Both the position numbers and the translations under genes were made by a program. From Candidatus Acidiferrum sp. (lineage in GTDB: Bacteria; Acidobacteriota; Terriglobia; Acidiferrales; UBA7541), in assembly GCA_035693365.1 (NCBI GenBank), contig DASSGS010000011.1:11844-75843 (forward strand): a DNA stretch of 64,000 nt, written 5' to 3'. Shown here piece after piece: positions 59,420 to 64,000 of this stretch. How positions within the stretch are numbered: position 1 is the first letter of the stretch; each line of letters begins with the position of its first letter. Under the pieces are notes generated by a model. It did not search any database, was not told the origin of the DNA, and worked only from the letters and a program-made list of their open reading frames with translations.

Positions 59420-60915
59420 GATGAGGATTCCTCGGTAATCACCACCGCTGCACGGCTCCCTTCCGCCGCCGCAAACTCGTCTGCGACGGACAATCCCAGG
59501 ACCCACGCCACTTTCCCTGCGCTCGTCAGCACCGGCCAGCGTTCTTTTTCCCAGCGGCTCGCGCCCAATTCGTTCAATAGCCGCGCCAGCGTGCGCCTGT
59601 TCTGGTGGCCCGCCGGCCGCATGGCATCCCCGGGACGCCAATTTCGCAACTCAAGAGGTGCGCGCAACCGGCCAAGGTCCAGAACCGCCCCTGTGTTAGT
59701 AGTTTCTCGCCCTTCGGAGGGCCAGTCAATCACCCGAAGGTGCAAGATGCGAGAAAGTGCATCAAGCCGCAACTCCGCTCCCATCGCCGGAAGATTCACC
59801 TGCAGCGAAAAAGTGGCCGGTTCCGTCTTGCCCGCGGCGGGCGTCGCTGCGCGAAAGGTCAGCCGATCGCGTTCCCGGCGCACTTCCACGCCTCCGGGCA
59901 TCTGGAGAATCTGTCCGGAGTGGCCGCTGCGGGCCAACTGGAGCACGGCCGCCACATGCATTGCGCCCAATTCGCCCGTGTGGAGTTTCATGCGTCGAAC
60001 GAGCTGCCGAATCATGCGCTTCGGGAGTGCGACCAAGTCAGGACGCGGAAGCTCCTCTTCCGTCTTAGTCTTCGCCTTCTGCCCCAAGGCAATATCGCGA
60101 ACTGGAATAGAGATGCCAGTCTCGTTTTCTTTCGCGAGAACGTTAATCCGCCAACTAGCCGTGAATTCCAGGTAATCATTGTCTTCGCGCGCAAGCTCCG
60201 CGAGTTGACACAAATGCTCGACAATCGGCATCGGGAATTTGCTTTCCAGAAAGGGCATTAGTTTATGCCGGATGCGCGCCCGGGTCCGCGTTTCATCCCG
60301 GTTGCTGGCATCCTCGCGCCAGGTTTGACGCTTGCTCTTCAGATACGCCCGCAGCGCCGCCCGCCGAATTCCCAGCAGCGGCCGAAACACGCTGCCCGCT
60401 TGCGGATGAATTCCCGCCAGTCCCGCCAATCCCGTTCCGCGCAAAATGTGCGCCAGAACCGTCTCTGCCTGATCGTCCGCTGTCTGCGCCACCGCCACGC
60501 GAGAAACTCGTCCATCCTTCACCAGTTGCTCAAAAAATGCATAGCGCGCCCGCCGCGCCGCATCCTCCAGATTTGCCCGCTCGCGCTTGGCTTTTGCCGC
60601 AATGTTCTCGTGCCCGACAAAAAACTCCAACCCGTGTTGTGCCGCCAGTCTCGCGACGAACTTCTCATCCGCTTCCGAAGCTTTCCCGCGCAGCTTATGG
60701 TTGAAATGGGCCACGCAAAGAACTATCCCCAGCGCTTCCCGCACCTCCATAAACAATCGCAGCAGCCCCACCGAATCCGCCCCGCCCGAAACCGCCACAC
60801 CAATGCGTTCGCCAGCGCAAACGCCAAAGCGCTCAGCCAGCAAGACTCGCAGCGACTCCACAAGCTCGTGCCGCTTCTCGCGTTCTTTCTTTTTAGTTGG
60901 TTTTTTCGCAGGCAT
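59416..60915 (-). CDS. tilS: tRNA(Ile)-lysidine synthetase
   Basis: AVSGGADS, HFNHKLRG, DDQAET, RPLL, EDASN, LRNWRPGD. Confidence 0.93.
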   Translation of the reverse strand: MPAKKPTKKKEREKRHELVESLRVLLAERFGVCAGERIGVAVSGGADSVGLLRLFMEVREALGIVLCVAHFNHKLRGKASEADEKFVARLAAQHGLEFFVGHENIAAKAKRERANLEDAARRARYAFFEQLVKDGRVSRVAVAQTADDQAETVLAHILRGTGLAGLAGIHPQAGSVFRPLLGIRRAALRAYLKSKRQTWREDASNRDETRTRARIRHKLMPFLESKFPMPIVEHLCQLAELAREDNDYLEFTASWRINVLAKENETGISIPVRDIALGQKAKTKTEEELPRPDLVALPKRMIRQLVRRMKLHTGELGAMHVAAVLQLARSGHSGQILQMPGGVEVRRERDRLTFRAATPAAGKTEPATFSLQVNLPAMGAELRLDALSRILHLRVIDWPSEGRETTNTGAVLDLGRLRAPLELRNWRPGDAMRPAGHQNRRTLARLLNELGASRWEKERWPVLTSAGKVAWVLGLSVADEFAAAEGSRAAVVITEESSS

Positions 60916-60971
60916 GGTCCTGCGACGTATCCTAGCAACGCCCGCGATGCAGGTCGAGCTTACTATTCGAC

Positions 60972-61991
60972 ATGACTGAACGTGATAACATCCGCACTAT
61001 GAAACTTCTTTGGCTGCTTCTATTCGCGGGGTCCTTGGGTAATTTAGATTGTCCCGGTAATTGCCAAGCCCAGGAAGGGAATCGGTTGCAGGCGTTGGTT
61101 ATCGGTCGCGAAACTTTCTTTGATTTCGGTCCACCCTTTCAGTACTTCGATATTTACGTCGTCAACCGCGAAAACACGGGAATCAGCATCGAAAGGGCGA
61201 GTCTCACTCCGGAAGCAAATAAGTGTTATGCACTCGCAAAGGTCGAGTTTGTCGAAAAGTCCTCTCCCATTTCCATAGAGGACCTTCTATCGGGCAAGGA
61301 TCCGTGCCAAATCCCAGAAAAGAAATTGAAGAAAGAAGCTAAGAAACAACGAAAAGCCATGGGCTTCAGCGGCGCAAACATGGTGTTCCGCGTCACGTGC
61401 GGGCCGCAAATTCGAATTCTTCGGACCGGAATCGGAGACAAGGATTGGTTTGACGAAAAGCCGGATACGCCCGCTAATACCTCTTGGACTACGCAAGTAC
61501 TCGGGAAACTCGACAATATTGCAGGGCCGACAGCCATGGACAAGCCGGTGTTTGACTTGAATGCACCGGCTGCGGATCCGCCGCCGGTAAAGAATTATGT
61601 TATTGCTCAGAAACTGGCTGCAGGGGATTACGATGACTTGTTTCCGGGAAACACGCAAAAGACTTCCGCGATCTATAAAGCCTCTCTCGTCAAAGCTCCT
61701 GAGCCGACGGTCTCGCTGACCGACAGCTCGCCAGTGAAACCCACTGTTTTCACGTTGCCGCCTTATCCTAGGCTTCCACTGTTCGCTGCTCACCAAGGTT
61801 GGGCTAGGCTCCATCTAATCGTGGCCGCTGATGGAACGGTCTCCACAACAACAGTCTACGAGGGATCAAAGCTCTTTGAGGGAGTTGTGAAAGAGGCCGT
61901 CAGGGGCTGGAAATTTCCACCCGATGCGAATGAAAGAGAAGTCACGGTCAACCTGGAGTTTAAACTGAACTGCAATCCAGCCTCAGACTAG
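60972..61991 (+). CDS. Exported protein with C-terminal TonB-like domain (likely start ATG 60999)
   Basis: PPYPRLP..A.HQG.ARL...VAADGTV...EAVRGWKFPP. Confidence 0.7.
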   Translation: MTERDNIRTMKLLWLLLFAGSLGNLDCPGNCQAQEGNRLQALVIGRETFFDFGPPFQYFDIYVVNRENTGISIERASLTPEANKCYALAKVEFVEKSSPISIEDLLSGKDPCQIPEKKLKKEAKKQRKAMGFSGANMVFRVTCGPQIRILRTGIGDKDWFDEKPDTPANTSWTTQVLGKLDNIAGPTAMDKPVFDLNAPAADPPPVKNYVIAQKLAAGDYDDLFPGNTQKTSAIYKASLVKAPEPTVSLTDSSPVKPTVFTLPPYPRLPLFAAHQGWARLHLIVAADGTVSTTTVYEGSKLFEGVVKEAVRGWKFPPDANEREVTVNLEFKLNCNPASD

Positions 61992-62029
61992 TTTCGTTTT
62001 GTGAATGCTAAGCCGCGCTTTTCTTCTGC

Positions 62030-63388
62030 CTACTTGTCTTTCGCTTCGCTGCCGACCAGCTTTTCGACGTCGGCGATTTCTTTGGGGATGGCGGCGCTCA
62101 GAATTTCCGGCTCGCCATTGGTGATCAGCACGGTGTCTTCCACGCGGAAGTGCATCTGCTTGTCGGCAAATTCCACTATGGGCTCGACAGTGATCACCTG
62201 GCCGGCCTTGATCGGGCCGCTCGGATGCATTACGTCGTGCGTCGCCAGTCCCACGAAGTGGCCCGGCCAGCCGTACCACTGATCGCCGATACCCGCTTTT
62301 TCGAAGACCGCTTTGCCCGCGGCTTCGGCCTCTTCGTAGGTGTGCCCCGGCTTCAGCAGGGCAATCGTCGCCTTCTGCGATTCCAGGTCCACGGCGTACC
62401 ACTTCGCTTGTTCGGGCGTGAATTTTCCGCTGATGTTGAAGGTGCGCGTGATGTCCATGGTCAGGTGGTCGAGCGAAGCACCGTAATCAAACACCACCAA
62501 TTGGTTGGCCTCGATCACATTGCGGTTGGAAAAGTAATGCCAAGTGTTGATGTCTTTTCCAGAGCCGACAATCGCCAGGTACGCCACGCCCTGCGCGCCG
62601 TGGCTATAGAAATAATCGTACGCGCGCGCTTCGATTTCGTATTGATGCATTCCCGGGCGTGCAAGCGCGATCGCGGCGCGGTCGCCCTCAGCGCTTATTT
62701 TTCCGTTGCGGCGCAGCACTTCAATTTCTTTCGGCCGTTTGATGTTGCGCATCGAATCGATGATCTGGGTGACGTCGCGCAGCCTGGCCATTGGATAGCG
62801 CTCCGCCAACAGTTTTCCCGGTGCCAGATCCTGCGGCACGTCCTCGTGATAAGGATGCGCGAATTTCCAAGCGTGGTCGCGGCCCACTTCGCCGCGCGCG
62901 CCGTCGGCCTTGTCTGGGAAATCAAGCCGCGTCCACAGGTCCACCTGCGGGTGAACGCTCAGCGAGTAGGAAAGCCAGAAATCCAGATTGCCGATCGGCT
63001 GCACGGTGTCGAAGCCGAGCTTCTTCGCTTCCTCGGGTTGCGAGAGCAGATTCGCGCCATAGACCTGCGCTGTGCGGCCCACCTGCTGCGGCTCGAAAAG
63101 AAAGATTTTGCCGCTGGCGTTGTCCATCGCCAGCACGGCGCCGGGGTCCTGCACGCCGGTGTAATAGTAAAAATCGTTGTCCTCGCGGTAGTGGGCCGCT
63201 TCGGGAATATCGTTGCGCGCAAACAGCAGCGTGTAGCCGGTCTTCGCCTGCGCCATCAGCTCCGCGCGCCGCGCCGCAAACTCCGGCGGCCCGCCCAGGT
63301 CTTCGATCGCTTGCCGGTCGGTGTACTGCGCCCGCGCCGCCGCCCCAAATCCCAGAATGAACAAAGCAACAATAAAAAGTTTCCGCAT
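62030..63388 (-). CDS. Exported Xaa-Pro aminopeptidase (M24B)
   Basis: YREDNDFYYYTG, D..DITRTF, GHFVGLATHD, TVEP, RVED; signal peptide. Confidence 0.88.
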   Translation of the reverse strand: MRKLFIVALFILGFGAAARAQYTDRQAIEDLGGPPEFAARRAELMAQAKTGYTLLFARNDIPEAAHYREDNDFYYYTGVQDPGAVLAMDNASGKIFLFEPQQVGRTAQVYGANLLSQPEEAKKLGFDTVQPIGNLDFWLSYSLSVHPQVDLWTRLDFPDKADGARGEVGRDHAWKFAHPYHEDVPQDLAPGKLLAERYPMARLRDVTQIIDSMRNIKRPKEIEVLRRNGKISAEGDRAAIALARPGMHQYEIEARAYDYFYSHGAQGVAYLAIVGSGKDINTWHYFSNRNVIEANQLVVFDYGASLDHLTMDITRTFNISGKFTPEQAKWYAVDLESQKATIALLKPGHTYEEAEAAGKAVFEKAGIGDQWYGWPGHFVGLATHDVMHPSGPIKAGQVITVEPIVEFADKQMHFRVEDTVLITNGEPEILSAAIPKEIADVEKLVGSEAKDK

Positions 63389-63476
63389 GGCTCTGGCCCT
63401 CGCTTGAAAAGTAGCGGCGACATTGTAGGCCGCGAGGGCGCAAAAGGGAAACGGCAGGGAACGGGGAAGAGTACTC

Positions 63477-63507
63477 AGCCGAAAGCTGAAAGCCATAAGC
63501 CATAAGC
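63477..63507. repeat. Heptamer tandem repeat
   Basis: AGCCGAA AGCTGAA AGCCATA AGCCATA AGC. Confidence 0.65.
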
Positions 63508-63595
63508 AAGAGAAAGAGTCCTCGAGCCGGTTGCAACGTCCGGTATTTGAAACACGATATCCAACCGCGAATCTAGGAGAAGAAGCGTCAGGTGG

Positions 63596-63949
63596 TCAGG
63601 CGGCGGCCGACTTTGGTTTTGCCGGGGCGAGGACGAGCAGCGCGAGGCCGATGAGGGCGAACAGCCCGACGCCGACCAGAAAATGCACGCGCTCGGCTGC
63701 GTCGTAGTAGGACTGCACGGCCATCACCACGGCGTGCGCCAGGCTTGACCAGCCGGCGAAGGCGATCAGGCTGCGATGAGCCACTGGGTTGCGCACCGCG
63801 ATCAGCAGGAAAATTCCCATCGTGACGTAGACGCTCAGCATCATCTGCTCCGCTTCACCGATGCGCATGGCCAGCATCGGATAGGCTGTCGCCACAAACA
63901 GGAGCCCCACCACAACCAGCACGGCTTTCAACGCGCGTTCTCGAAGCAT
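63596..63949 (-). CDS. Small four-TM protein (DUF6632-like)
   Basis: RERALKAVLVVVG, MMLSVYVTMG, NPVAHRSLIAF..WSS..H; GGAGG RBS. Confidence 0.75.
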   Translation of the reverse strand: MLRERALKAVLVVVGLLFVATAYPMLAMRIGEAEQMMLSVYVTMGIFLLIAVRNPVAHRSLIAFAGWSSLAHAVVMAVQSYYDAAERVHFLVGVGLFALIGLALLVLAPAKPKSAAA

Positions 63950-64000
63950 GCTGCCCTCCTGCAATAAATGAAGATTGCGAAATTTGAAAATGGAAAATGG

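Noticed and set aside
60280-60500. TilS inactivation (AQTADD instead of AHxxDD; RARIR instead of RNRIR)
   Set aside because: The PP-loop and other motifs are intact; isolated substitutions are insufficient without an alignment
63411-63433. GTAG REP upstream of the Xaa-Pro peptidase gene
   Set aside because: The stem is weak and overlaps the likely TACAAT -10 box, so it may be coincidental

Overview
A GC-rich bacterial chromosome segment, most consistent with Acidobacteriota. It is mainly core genome: TPR-ispE-prs-rplY-pth-rpsF-rpsR-rplI-dnaB, alr-yacL-ispD-ispF-(orphan GluRS anticodon domain)-rlmB, tilS-hpt-ftsH-folP, ruvX-mltG, purH, selA, futalosine-pathway menaquinone genes, larB, ada, apt and acyP. 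Small accessory units include arsR-arsM-arsC, a TetR/SRPBCC/methyltransferase-DCC module and several orphan genes. I found no tRNA, rRNA, CRISPR array, integrase or transposase. Intergenic DNA is rich in GTAG-type REP hairpins, a second structured repeat family and 7-9 nt tandem repeats. The best leads are: (1) a clustered Lol-like lipoprotein-trafficking set with a non-canonical LolB-like lipoprotein; (2) a stand-alone GluRS anticodon-binding-domain gene in the gltX position; (3) an apparently catalytically degenerate HPRT coupled to tilS and upstream of ftsH; (4) a candidate structured sRNA of about 155 nt; (5) many leaderless genes together with extended bS18/bS6. All product calls come from motif recognition by eye, not from database searches.
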